Part shown: positions 35,204-44,144 of the stretch, piece by piece
Position numbering within the stretch: position 1 is the first letter of the stretch
How the letters are laid out: every line of letters begins with the position of its first letter
Assembly: GCA_030425945.1 (NCBI GenBank)
Contig: JAUHZL010000001.1
Span: 1-47,623, forward strand
DNA length: 47,623 bases
Direction of reading: 5' to 3'
Source: Alphaproteobacteria bacterium
Lineage (GTDB): Bacteria > Pseudomonadota > Alphaproteobacteria > Rhodobacterales > Rhodobacteraceae
The notes under the pieces: generated by a model
What the model was told of the DNA's origin: nothing
Seen by the model: the letters and a program-made list of their open reading frames with translations, nothing else
The model's database searches: none
Program-made: the position numbers and the translations under genes

Positions 35204-35839
35204 ATGAAACTCAAGCTCGACATCACGCCCGATCTCGTCGCCGCCATGGCGGCAGAGGTGAAAGCCGGGGAGAAAGCCGTCACCGCCGCTATGCGCGAGG
35301 CCGGGACCGGGCTCAAGACCGCCTGGCGCGGTCAGATCACCGGCGCGGGGCTCGGCCGGCGGCTCGCCAACTCGATCCGGAGCCAGACCTATCCGAAGGC
35401 TGGCGAGAGCCTGAACGCTGCGGCGCTGGTCTGGTCCAAGGCCCCGGTCATCATCGGCGCCCATGATACCGGCCCGCTGATCCGCTCGAAGGATGGGTTC
35501 TGGCTGGCGATCCCGACCGAGGCCGCCGGTCGCGGCCTTCGCGGCGCCAAGCTCACCCCCGGCGAATGGGAACGCCGCCGCGGGCTCCGCCTGCGCTTCG
35601 TCTATCGCCGCAGGGGCCCGAGCTTGCTCGTCGCCGACCGTGCTCGGATCAATACCCGCGGCCAGGCGGTTGCGTCACGCTCAAAGACCGGGCGCAACCA
35701 GGTCACCGCACCGATCTTCCTGCTGGTCCCGCAGGTCAAGCTGCCCAAGCGGCTCGATCTGGACCGCGACGCCGAGCGAGCGCTCGACAGCGTGCCGGGG
35801 CTGATCGTGGCGAACTGGGTGGAGGAACGGTTCTCGTAA
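35204..35839 (+). CDS. DUF6441-like neck/tail-completion protein
   Basis: Basic 211-aa ORF in the head-tail block (WLAIPT, PIFLLVPQVKLPKRL). Confidence 0.7.
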   Translation: MKLKLDITPDLVAAMAAEVKAGEKAVTAAMREAGTGLKTAWRGQITGAGLGRRLANSIRSQTYPKAGESLNAAALVWSKAPVIIGAHDTGPLIRSKDGFWLAIPTEAAGRGLRGAKLTPGEWERRRGLRLRFVYRRRGPSLLVADRARINTRGQAVASRSKTGRNQVTAPIFLLVPQVKLPKRLDLDRDAERALDSVPGLIVANWVEERFS

Positions 35840-35918
35840 AGGCACTTCGAGAGCGTTGTTCCTGCTCGTCCAATTCCCCGATTGTCAGGAGCCTGAATGT
35901 AACTTCATAATCAAGAAC

Positions 35919-36662
35919 ATGAAGCGCCCCGAGCAGTTAATTGAACGATCCTACTCGATGATGATTGCCAGCTACTGGTTGGCCAGATGCGGCGTCCGTC
36001 ACGAAGGCAAGGCTGCGTCACCTCCTGCAGCTCTCGGAGTAAGCACGTGGAAAGCTGCATACGACAGTTTCTTCGATGCGATGGGTGATGGCCGCTCACA
36101 GACCCAATTCCGGAACAGCCTGAAAAATGCGCGAGATACGTTCGACATACTGTTCGATAACGGACGGATCGGATGGGTGGATCGCAACGGACAGCAACCG
36201 TCATTGAGCACCAATTTCACGCGGATCCATGAAGAGTGGAGGGATCGTTCCGATCAGGAGCTCGAGCGGTTCGTCCTCGGGCTTCATGCCGGTATGCCGG
36301 TCGCGGTGGATGGAAAAGCCCGTAGCCCAGAGGCGCGGACGGAGGGCGGCGAAAAGGTCTACGTCTCCCTGCGGCGCGAACGTGATCCGAAACTCAGAGA
36401 GGATGCCCTCGCGATCCATGGACTCGACTGTATGGCTTGCGGGTTCAACTTCGGCCGCGCGTATGGGGCTCTTGGTGAGGGCTTCATCGAAGTCCACCAT
36501 GTAGTTCCGATCGCCGAAGCAGGCAAAACGATCACCGACCCTGCGACGGACCTTGTAGTCCTCTGTTCGAATTGCCATCGCATGGTGCATCGGAAACGCA
36601 GCGTATGTCTCTCACTGGATGAATTGAAAGCGCATTTGAGGGTCCGCGGTTCGCATTCCTAA
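35919..36662 (+). CDS. HNH endonuclease (McrA-like), moron
   Basis: RTEG...RERDPKLR...CMACGF...IEVHH...LCSNCHRMVH. Lower GC than flanks. Start uncertain. Confidence 0.85.
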   Translation: MKRPEQLIERSYSMMIASYWLARCGVRHEGKAASPPAALGVSTWKAAYDSFFDAMGDGRSQTQFRNSLKNARDTFDILFDNGRIGWVDRNGQQPSLSTNFTRIHEEWRDRSDQELERFVLGLHAGMPVAVDGKARSPEARTEGGEKVYVSLRRERDPKLREDALAIHGLDCMACGFNFGRAYGALGEGFIEVHHVVPIAEAGKTITDPATDLVVLCSNCHRMVHRKRSVCLSLDELKAHLRVRGSHS

Positions 36663-36743
36663 CTCGCGACCCAAGCTACGCATCACAAAACAGCTGTGGC
36701 GTTCGTCTGCCAATGAATGCCCTGGGCACAAAAGGAAGTGCTG

Positions 36744-37163
36744 GTGTCTACCGATCGCGAAACCATCCTCGCCGCGCTGCACGCGCGGCTTTCGGCGTTG
36801 CCCGCCACTGTCCTCCGCGGCGAGGCGCTGCCCGAGCGCGTGCCGTCTGAGGGTCTGCTGATCCTCCGCGACGGCGAGCCAGGCGATTCCGAGGTGACGC
36901 TGTCGCCGCTCGCCTACCATTATCAGCACCGCGCGGAAATCGAGGCAGTTGTGCAGGGCGCCGACCGTCACGGCACCTTCGACACGTTGACCGCCAGCCT
37001 CGGCGCTGTGCTCGCTGCGGACCGGACGCTGGGCGGGCTCTGCGAGTGGGCCGAGGCAGAAGCGCCGCGCCCCGTGGACCTACCGGTCGAGGGTGCGGCC
37101 AGCCTGAAGGCCGCCGTGATCCCGGTCGTCCTGCATTATTCCACGGCCGATCCGCTCGGCTAG
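36744..37163 (+). CDS. Tail terminator/completion-like protein
   Basis: RETILAALHARL...DRTLGGLC...Y.TADPL, upstream of the tail tube. Start uncertain (36717 or 36744). Confidence 0.65.
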   Translation: MSTDRETILAALHARLSALPATVLRGEALPERVPSEGLLILRDGEPGDSEVTLSPLAYHYQHRAEIEAVVQGADRHGTFDTLTASLGAVLAADRTLGGLCEWAEAEAPRPVDLPVEGAASLKAAVIPVVLHYSTADPLG

Positions 37164-37173
37164 ACCCGACGGC

Positions 37174-37638
37174 TCAGTTGCCGCGACAGGTGCCGTAGTA
37201 GCCGCCCGAGAAGTAACAGTATTCCAGCGCCACTCCGGCAGCGATCATTTGGGCAGCGATGTCGCGACCATCGGTGAGGAAGCACTGCCCGACAATCCGC
37301 CCGTACCGGTCGATGTCGCGCACGCGACAGGTCACGCTTTGTCCGGCGATGAGGCGCCTAAGAGTGGACGTCGCCGCTGATGCGCCGCGCTCGTCGCGTT
37401 CCGGAGCGTCGAGGCCCCAGACACGGATCGGCCGCTCAATGCCGCGAAGTGAGAAGGTGTCGCCGTCCGTCACATAGCGGACCGCGCCGCTCACGGTATT
37501 CGTTTGCCCCGATACGGGGCCCGCCGAAAGAACCATGACCGCGAGGACTGAAACGATCATCCAGATGATGACGCATCGACCGGAAATATTGAACAGGGAA
37601 TTGGGACGAGTACTGCGCATGAACTCCATGTGCGGCAC
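37174..37638 (-). CDS. Thermonuclease (SNase) family protein with hydrophobic N-terminus, moron
   Basis: VTDGDT, IRVWGLDAPE, DRYGRIVG, MIAAG.A. Start may be ATG 37560. Confidence 0.85.
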   Translation of the reverse strand: MPHMEFMRSTRPNSLFNISGRCVIIWMIVSVLAVMVLSAGPVSGQTNTVSGAVRYVTDGDTFSLRGIERPIRVWGLDAPERDERGASAATSTLRRLIAGQSVTCRVRDIDRYGRIVGQCFLTDGRDIAAQMIAAGVALEYCYFSGGYYGTCRGN

Positions 37639-37685
37639 GGCCTGACCAAACGCAACCGCGCTTCAACGAAATCAAGGAGATCACC

Positions 37686-38627
37686 ATGGCACGAGCCCAG
37701 GGGGCGCGGGCGCTGATGGCGCTTGCGTTCGAGACGACCTATGGCACGCCGCCTGCGAGCGGCTTCACCCGCATGCCCTTCGCCAGCACCTCGCTCGGCG
37801 CGGAGCAGCCGCTGCTGAACTCCGAGCTTCTCGGCTACGGCCGCGACCCGCTGGCGCCGATCAAGGACGCGGTCACGGCCGATGGCGACGTCGTCGTGCC
37901 GCTCGACGCCGAGGCTTTCGGGTTCTGGCTGAAGGCGGCCTTCGGGACACCGACGACCACCGGCGCGGAAGCGCCGTACACCCACGAGTTCCAGTCGGGG
38001 TCCTGGACGCTCCCCAGCATGTCGATCGAGACCGGCATGCCGGAGGTGCCGCGCTATGCGATGTACTCGGGTTGCGTGCTCGACCAGATTACCTGGCAGA
38101 TGCAGCGCTCCGGCCTGCTGACCGCCACGGCGCGGCTGGTGGCGCAGGGCGAGACGGTGGGCTCGACCACCAGCGCCGGAACGCCCGCAGCGCTGGAGCT
38201 CAAGCGCTTCGGCCATTTCAACGGGGCGATCACCCGCAACGGGTCCGCCCTCGGCAACGTGGTCTCGGCGGAGATCACCTATGCCAACAACCTCGACCGG
38301 ATCGAGACCATCCGCTCGGACGGCCGCATCGACGGTGCGGACCCCTCTATCGCGGCGCTGACCGGCCGTATCGAGGTGCGCTTCGCCGACCAGACGCTGG
38401 TGACGCAGGCGATCAACGGCGAGGCTTGCGAGATGGAATTCGCCTACGTCCTGCCCTCGGGCGAGAGCCTCACCTTCACCGTGCACGCCGTCTACCTGCC
38501 GCGCCCGCGGATCGAGATCTCCGGGCCGCAGGGCGTGCAGGCGACCTTCGACTGGCAGGCCGCCCGCGACAGCGTCGTCGGTCGGATGTGCACCGCCACC
38601 CTCGTGAACGATGTGGAGACGTATTGA
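37686..38627 (+). CDS. Tail tube protein
   Basis: AAGGAG RBS, 313 aa, position before chaperone and tape measure. Confidence 0.8.
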   Translation: MARAQGARALMALAFETTYGTPPASGFTRMPFASTSLGAEQPLLNSELLGYGRDPLAPIKDAVTADGDVVVPLDAEAFGFWLKAAFGTPTTTGAEAPYTHEFQSGSWTLPSMSIETGMPEVPRYAMYSGCVLDQITWQMQRSGLLTATARLVAQGETVGSTTSAGTPAALELKRFGHFNGAITRNGSALGNVVSAEITYANNLDRIETIRSDGRIDGADPSIAALTGRIEVRFADQTLVTQAINGEACEMEFAYVLPSGESLTFTVHAVYLPRPRIEISGPQGVQATFDWQAARDSVVGRMCTATLVNDVETY

Positions 38628-39064
38628 TGCTGACGCTCGACCTGACCAATGCGCCGCGCTGGCATGACCTCGCCCCCGGTGTCCGGGTCCAACTCCGCCC
38701 GCTGACCACCGCGCTGATGGTGGCGACGCGCAGCGATCCGGCCGTAGAGGCGGTGCCAGAGGAGGCCTCCGATGAGGAGCGCGCCGTCGCGTTCGCCAAG
38801 GCGCTCGCGCGACGGGCGGTGCTCGCCTGGGAGGGCATCGGCGATGCGGACGGCACCCCCATCGAACCGGGCCCCGAGGCCATCGACGCGCTGCTCGACG
38901 TCTGGCCGATCTTCGAGGCCTTCCAGCTGACCTACGTCTCCAAGGGCCTGCTGCTGGAACAGGAAAAAAACGCCTCCGCGCTCTCGCCGATTGGTCCTTC
39001 GGCGGGGGCGACCGATACTGCGACGCCTGCCAAACGGCGTGCGAAGGCTGCCCGGCGCGCCTGA
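38627..39064 (+). CDS. Tail assembly chaperone (gpG-like)
   Basis: Between tube and tape measure. Contains slippery G GAA AAA AAC at 38962-38971. Confidence 0.8.
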   Translation: MLTLDLTNAPRWHDLAPGVRVQLRPLTTALMVATRSDPAVEAVPEEASDEERAVAFAKALARRAVLAWEGIGDADGTPIEPGPEAIDALLDVWPIFEAFQLTYVSKGLLLEQEKNASALSPIGPSAGATDTATPAKRRAKAARRA

Positions 39065-39291
39065 ACCGGCTGCTCACGCATGAAGGCTGGCAGGTCTGGG
39101 ACCTTGTCGGTCGGCTCGGCGGTCAGCTGCGTGTCCTGCCCGGCGCCGTGATCGGCTGGGACATGTCGGCTGCGCTGCCGCTCGGTGACGCGCTCGGCGT
39201 GCCGCCGCTCGCCATGGCTGAACTGCTGCCCGTTATCGAAGCGGTGATGGTCTCCAAGCTCAACGAACAGATGGAACGTCCCGATGGCTGA
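38968..39291 (+). CDS. -1 frameshift extension of the chaperone (gpGT-like)
   Basis: The -1 frame stays open from the slippery site to TGA 39289-39291: KRLRALADWSFGGGDRYCDACQTACEGCPAR...KLNEQMERPDG. Confidence 0.75.
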   Translation, partial: KRLRALADWSFGGGDRYCDACQTACEGCPARLNRLLTHEGWQVWDLVGRLGGQLRVLPGAVIGWDMSAALPLGDALGVPPLAMAELLPVIEAVMVSKLNEQMERPDG

Positions 39292-41701
39292 AAAGCGTGT
39301 GTCCGTCCGCCTCGCCGCGGTCGGCGGGCGACAGGTGCGCGCCGAGCTGGAAGGCGTGGGTGAAGCCGGATCGCGCGGCTTCGGCCGGCTGAGCCGGGAG
39401 ATGGAGGCGGCGAACGCCCGGCTCGCGGCCTTCTCGCGACGGGTGCGGGTCGCGGCCGCCGCCGCCGTGGCCGCCGCAGCCGCCGCTGGCGTGGCGATGA
39501 TCCGCTCCGGCCTGCAGACCGTCGACGCGCAGGCGAAGCTGGCGCAGTCGCTCGGCACCACCGTTGCCTCGATCCAGACGCTGGAGCGGGCAGGCGAACT
39601 GGCGGGCGTGTCCATGTCCGGCATCGAGCAGGCCACCAAGGATCTGACGCGCCGACTCAGCCAGGCGGCCGCCGGGACCGGCCCCGCTGCCGACGCGCTC
39701 GATCGACTGGGGCTTTCGGCCACCGAGCTGATCGCCCTGCCGCTGGACCAGCGCGTCGGTGCGATCAACGCGGCCATCGAGAGCTTCGTGCCTGCCGCCG
39801 AACGCGCGGCTGTCGCGGGTCAGCTCTTCGGCGAGGAAGGCTCCATCGCCATGTCGCGGATCGACACGGCGACGCTGCGCCAGGCGACCGAGGACGTGCT
39901 TGCCTTCGGTGTGGTGGTCTCGGAGCAGGATGCCGACCAGATCGAGCGGACGAACGACGCCATCTCGCGGCTCGGGTTGATCTGGCGCGGGCTGTCGAAC
40001 CAGCTGGCGGTTGCTGCAGCCCCGGCGCTCGAAGCCGTCGCTAACGCCATGGCGGCTGTTGCCAGCCGCACCGGCCCGCTCGGCATCGCCATTCGCGGCC
40101 TCTTCGACAACATCGGCCGCCTGACCACCTATGCCGTGACCTTCGCAACCTTCCTCGCAGGCCGCTGGGTGGCTGGCATGGCCGCCGCCGCGCTCTCCGT
40201 CCGCGGCCTCGCCACGGCGCTGGTCGTCTTGCGTGGGGCGCTCATCCGCACCGGCATTGGGGCGCTGATCGTCGGCGCGGGCGAACTCGTCTACCAGTTC
40301 ACTCGCCTCGTCTCGGGTGCGGGCGGGTTCGGCGAGGCGATGTCGCTGCTGAAGAACCTGGCGGTCGAGGTCTGGGAGCGGATCAGGATGGGCGCCGCTG
40401 CAACGGGTGCGGCCGCCACGGCGATGTTCTTCGACCTGAAGGCCGACGCCGCCTCGGGCATGCAGAGCGCCATCGAGAGCGTGGTGGGCTTCGGCAACAC
40501 CGCCGCGAACACGTTTGAGGGGGCCTACGAGGCGATCAAGGCGATCTGGGGTCTGCTGCCTGCCGCCATCGGCGATCTGGCGTTCCAGGCGGCCAACAGC
40601 TTGGTCGACGGCGTCGAGGCGATGCTGAACGGCGTGGTCTCCCGCATCAACGGCTTCATCGACGGCATCAACCAAGGGCTGGAAGCCCTCGGCTCCGAAC
40701 GGCGCATCTCGCTGGTGCCCGACCTCGACCTCGGCGAGATCGAGAACCGCTTCGAGGGCGCGGCCAGTGCTGCCACGACAGCTGCGCAGGCGGCGTTCGA
40801 CCGGGCCTTCGAGGACAACCCGCTCACCGCACCAGACCTCGGACTGACCGAGGCGGCCAACCGCGCGCTCGAGTCCGCGAACCTCTATCGCGGGGCCGCG
40901 CGCGATCTGGCGGAAGGTGCCCGCGCGCCCCTCGAAAGCTGGCAGGCCCTGCGCGACGCGGTGCGCGGCACGGATGAGGACGGGGCCGATGCGCTGGCCG
41001 AGGCCACTGGTGCCGCCGAGCGGCTGGAGACGGCGTTCAGCGATGCCGGACGCGCAGCAACGGGTGCCGGTGCGGCCGCCGGAGCTGCTGCCGCTGCGGC
41101 GGAGCCCGCGACCGAGGCTGCCGTCACCGGTTGGCAGGCGGTCACCGCCGCGCTCTCCGACTACGCCAGCAAGGCGCGCGAGATCGGTGGCGATATCGGC
41201 CAGAGCCTCGTCGGCGCCTTCCAGTCGGCCGAGAACGCCGTGGGCCAGTTCGTGAAGACCGGCAAGCTGAACTTCCGCGATCTCGTCACCTCGTTGCTCG
41301 CCGATCTCGCTCAGCTCGCGGCGCGGCGCTTCATCCTCGGGCCCATCGCCAATGCGCTCTCGGGCGTGTTCTCCGGGGCGGGCGGCATCTTCGCCAACGT
41401 CCTGCATACGGGCGGGATGGTCGGATCGGCCGGACCTTCGCGGATCGTCCCGGCCATGGCCTTCGCCGCTGCCCCGCGAATGCATGGTGGCGGGATGGCC
41501 GGGCTTCGTCACGACGAAGTGCCCGCGATCCTGCAGCGGGGCGAGCGCGTGCTGTCACGGCGAGAGGCGCAGAGCTACGGCACCGGTGGTGGCGTCAACG
41601 TCACCATCATGGCGCGTGACGCCGAGAGCTTCCGGCAGTCCCGCACGCAGGTCGCCGCCGACATCTCCCGCGCTGTCTCGCTCGGGCGGAGGAGCATGTG
41701 A
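39284..41701 (+). CDS. Tail tape measure protein
   Basis: 805 aa, Ala/Gly-rich. C-terminal H.GG...DEVPAILQRGERVL. Confidence 0.9.
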   Translation: MAEKRVSVRLAAVGGRQVRAELEGVGEAGSRGFGRLSREMEAANARLAAFSRRVRVAAAAAVAAAAAAGVAMIRSGLQTVDAQAKLAQSLGTTVASIQTLERAGELAGVSMSGIEQATKDLTRRLSQAAAGTGPAADALDRLGLSATELIALPLDQRVGAINAAIESFVPAAERAAVAGQLFGEEGSIAMSRIDTATLRQATEDVLAFGVVVSEQDADQIERTNDAISRLGLIWRGLSNQLAVAAAPALEAVANAMAAVASRTGPLGIAIRGLFDNIGRLTTYAVTFATFLAGRWVAGMAAAALSVRGLATALVVLRGALIRTGIGALIVGAGELVYQFTRLVSGAGGFGEAMSLLKNLAVEVWERIRMGAAATGAAATAMFFDLKADAASGMQSAIESVVGFGNTAANTFEGAYEAIKAIWGLLPAAIGDLAFQAANSLVDGVEAMLNGVVSRINGFIDGINQGLEALGSERRISLVPDLDLGEIENRFEGAASAATTAAQAAFDRAFEDNPLTAPDLGLTEAANRALESANLYRGAARDLAEGARAPLESWQALRDAVRGTDEDGADALAEATGAAERLETAFSDAGRAATGAGAAAGAAAAAAEPATEAAVTGWQAVTAALSDYASKAREIGGDIGQSLVGAFQSAENAVGQFVKTGKLNFRDLVTSLLADLAQLAARRFILGPIANALSGVFSGAGGIFANVLHTGGMVGSAGPSRIVPAMAFAAAPRMHGGGMAGLRHDEVPAILQRGERVLSRREAQSYGTGGGVNVTIMARDAESFRQSRTQVAADISRAVSLGRRSM

Positions 41702-42327
41702 TGGCGTTTCACGAGGTGCGGTTCCCAGACAACATCAGTCGCGGCGCGCGGGGCGGGCCGGAGCGGCGCACGCAGATCGTCGAGCTCGCCTCGGGCGACG
41801 AGGAGCGCAACGCCAGCTGGGCCAACTCGCGCCGCCGTTACGATTTGGCCTACGGCATCCGCCGCGCGGACGATCTGGCGGCCGTGGTCGCCTTCTTCGA
41901 GGCGCGGAATGGTCGCCTCCATGGCTTCCGCTTCAAGGACTGGGGCGACCACAAGTCCTGTCTGCCCTCTGGCACGGCATCGCCCACCGACCAAGCGATC
42001 GGCACAGGCGACGGCGCAACCACCGTCTTCCAGCTGGTGAAGCGCTACGTATCGGGGAGCCAGACCTGGACCCGGACGATCACCAAGCCGGTCGCTGCCA
42101 CTGTGCGCGTCGCCCTCGATGGCGCGGAGCAGCTCAGTGGGTGGTCGGTCGACACCGCCACCGGCGTCGTCACCTTCAGCGCCGCACCGGGCGCTGGCGT
42201 CGCGATCACCGCAGGGTTCGAATTCGACGTGCCGGTCCGCTTCGACACCGACGCGCTCGACGTGACGCTCGACCTCGAGCGGCTCGGCTCGATCACCTCC
42301 ATTCCGCTTCTGGAGATCCGCCGATGA
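41701..42327 (+). CDS. DUF2460 distal tail protein (RcGTA g12-like)
   Basis: FHEVRFP, GGPERRT, FFEARNGRLHGFRFKDW, FDVPVRFDTD. Confidence 0.9.
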   Translation: MAFHEVRFPDNISRGARGGPERRTQIVELASGDEERNASWANSRRRYDLAYGIRRADDLAAVVAFFEARNGRLHGFRFKDWGDHKSCLPSGTASPTDQAIGTGDGATTVFQLVKRYVSGSQTWTRTITKPVAATVRVALDGAEQLSGWSVDTATGVVTFSAAPGAGVAITAGFEFDVPVRFDTDALDVTLDLERLGSITSIPLLEIRR

Positions 42328-42674
42328 ACGACACCGGCAGCTTCATTGCGGCCGTGCTGCGCGAGCTCGCGGCCTCGACGGCCGTAATCCTCGCCGCCTG
42401 GGGCGCGCTCGGCGGCGCCACGAACGCGCTGACCACGAAGATGCGGCTGCGCGATGCGCTCCGGCACATCCTGCTCGGCGGTCTGATCGCGGCCGGCATG
42501 GGGAGCCTCTCCATGGCCGTCATCACGAGCTGGATGGGCCTGCCGACCGAGGCGATCCCGGCTGGTGGCGCTGCCGGATCGGCCGCGTATCTCGTCGGCG
42601 TCTTTGGGCCCGCCTTCATCGAGATGCTGCTCGCCCGGCTACGCCGCGCCAAGCAGGGCGACGGCGATGAATGA
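42324..42674 (+). CDS. Holin-like membrane protein
   Basis: 116 aa with about 3 hydrophobic segments and a basic C-terminus, upstream of the lysozyme. Confidence 0.6.
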   Translation: MNDTGSFIAAVLRELAASTAVILAAWGALGGATNALTTKMRLRDALRHILLGGLIAAGMGSLSMAVITSWMGLPTEAIPAGGAAGSAAYLVGVFGPAFIEMLLARLRRAKQGDGDE

Positions 42675-42798
42675 GCTCGTTCGCCTCGCGCGCGCTCTCC
42701 GCTGCGACCCGGCCGACCCAAGAGCGGCCTTTGCCCACCGTCTGCGCATCGGCCTCGTCGTCGCGGCACTGATCCTGATCCTCTCGCTACTCCGGTAA
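42667..42798 (+). CDS. Small membrane protein, 43 aa
   Basis: C-terminal TM IGLVVAALILILSLL. Overlaps the previous gene. Confidence 0.5.
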   Translation: MNELVRLARALRCDPADPRAAFAHRLRIGLVVAALILILSLLR

Positions 42799-42802
42799 TC
42801 CC

Positions 42803-43462
42803 ATGCACATGACCGACCGGGGCCTGCTGGCCCTCGTCCGGCACGAAGGACTCGTGCCCGGACCCTATCTCGATGTGAAACAGGTCTGGACCTTCGGCAT
42901 CGGCCACACGGCCTCGGCCGGGCCGCCCGATCCGGCCACCATGCCGCACGGCATGCCCGCCGATCTCGATGCCGGGATCCGAGAGGCGTTCCGAGTCTTT
43001 CGGGCCGACCTGGCTGCTTACGAGGCCGCCGTCCTGCGCACCGTGAAGGTGCCATTGGCGCCGCACGAGTTCGATGCCCTCGTCAGCTTCCACTACAACA
43101 CCGGCGGCATCGCCCGCGCCGCGCTGACCCGGCACATCAATGCTGGCAATCGCGTTGCAGCCGCCGACGCGTTTCTGAATTGGCGGCGACCGGCCTCGAT
43201 CATTCCGCGCCGGGAAGCCGAGCGCGACCTGTTCCGCCATGGCCGCTATCCCAGGGGCACGATCCCGGTCTGGTCCGTGGACCGCGCGGGCCGCGTGGAC
43301 TTCTCCCGGCCGATCCGTCGCCTGACCGAAGACCAGGCGCTGGCGTTGCTGCGGCCGTCGCCGTTGCCGAGGCCACCGGCCTTCGAACCTGCACCTGACG
43401 CGCCGACCGGCTGGCTCGCCCGGCTGGCCGCCTTCTTCTCCACCCTGATCCGGAGGGCCTGA
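42803..43462 (+). CDS. Endolysin, GH24 lysozyme
   Basis: HEG...YLD...WTFGIGHT catalytic motif, FDALVSFHYNTG, RREAERDLF. Confidence 0.9.
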   Translation: MHMTDRGLLALVRHEGLVPGPYLDVKQVWTFGIGHTASAGPPDPATMPHGMPADLDAGIREAFRVFRADLAAYEAAVLRTVKVPLAPHEFDALVSFHYNTGGIARAALTRHINAGNRVAAADAFLNWRRPASIIPRREAERDLFRHGRYPRGTIPVWSVDRAGRVDFSRPIRRLTEDQALALLRPSPLPRPPAFEPAPDAPTGWLARLAAFFSTLIRRA

Positions 43463-43466
43463 TCCC

Positions 43467-43697
43467 ATGCGCTATGTTCGACCCAATTCCATGACCTGGT
43501 GGGCGGGACTGCTCGCCATGCTCACTGGAATCGCCTCTCTCGCGCTGCCCGCCACCGGGCCGCTCGGGGAAGTGTCCCGCCTTGTCGCACTGCTCGCCGG
43601 TTCTGGCGATGCCTCGCCCGCGGGGCTGATGTTCCTCGGTCTGGGCCTGATCGGCCTGCGCGACCGGATCGAGCGCGGGTTCCGCGGCGATGCTTGA
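43467..43697 (+). CDS. Two-TM holin-like protein
   Basis: 76 aa, S.TWW motif, two hydrophobic segments, GGAGG RBS. Confidence 0.6.
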   Translation: MRYVRPNSMTWWAGLLAMLTGIASLALPATGPLGEVSRLVALLAGSGDASPAGLMFLGLGLIGLRDRIERGFRGDA

Positions 43698-43791
43698 GTT
43701 CCTCGTCGGTCTGGTCGTGGGCGGCTTTCTCGGCGTCTTCGTCACAGCCCTTTGCGTCGCCGCTGCGCGCGGGGAGCGGGACGATGGCTGA
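43690..43791 (+). CDS. 33-aa single-TM peptide
   Basis: MLEFLVGLVVGGFLGVFVTALCVAAARGERDDG, overlapping both neighbours by 8 nt. Confidence 0.5.
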   Translation: MLEFLVGLVVGGFLGVFVTALCVAAARGERDDG

Positions 43792-44014
43792 TCTCCTGGT
43801 CTGGCTGGTCGTGTCTCTGGGCGCGGTCGGGGGCGTCGTCCTCGGCCGGATTTGGGGGCGTGCGGAAGGCGAACGCCAAGGCAAACGGGAGGCAGAACGC
43901 GATGCCATGGAAGACAAGAGCAAGCGTGTCGAGAAGGGACGGCATGCGGTTCGCGACGGCCGCGGCTCTGGCGATCCTGCTGACCGGCTGCGCCGCAACG
44001 ATGGGCGCTGGTGA
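43784..44014 (+). CDS. i-spanin-like protein
   Basis: N-terminal TM followed by a charged helical region. Confidence 0.6.
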   Translation: MADLLVWLVVSLGAVGGVVLGRIWGRAEGERQGKREAERDAMEDKSKRVEKGRHAVRDGRGSGDPADRLRRNDGRW

Positions 44015-44144
44015 TGCGGCCTGCGCGTCCTACGCCGAGGCGCGGCTCGCCCGACCAGCCGCCGAGAGGGTCGCCTCCGTGCCGCCGGACTGGGCCGACT
44101 GGATCGCCGATCTCGACGATCGCATGACGGGAACCTGCCGATGA
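43944..44144 (+). CDS. o-spanin-like lipoprotein
   Basis: MRFATAAALAILLTGC lipobox. Overlaps the 3' end of the i-spanin gene in the +1 frame. Confidence 0.65.
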   Translation: MRFATAAALAILLTGCAATMGAGDAACASYAEARLARPAAERVASVPPDWADWIADLDDRMTGTCR

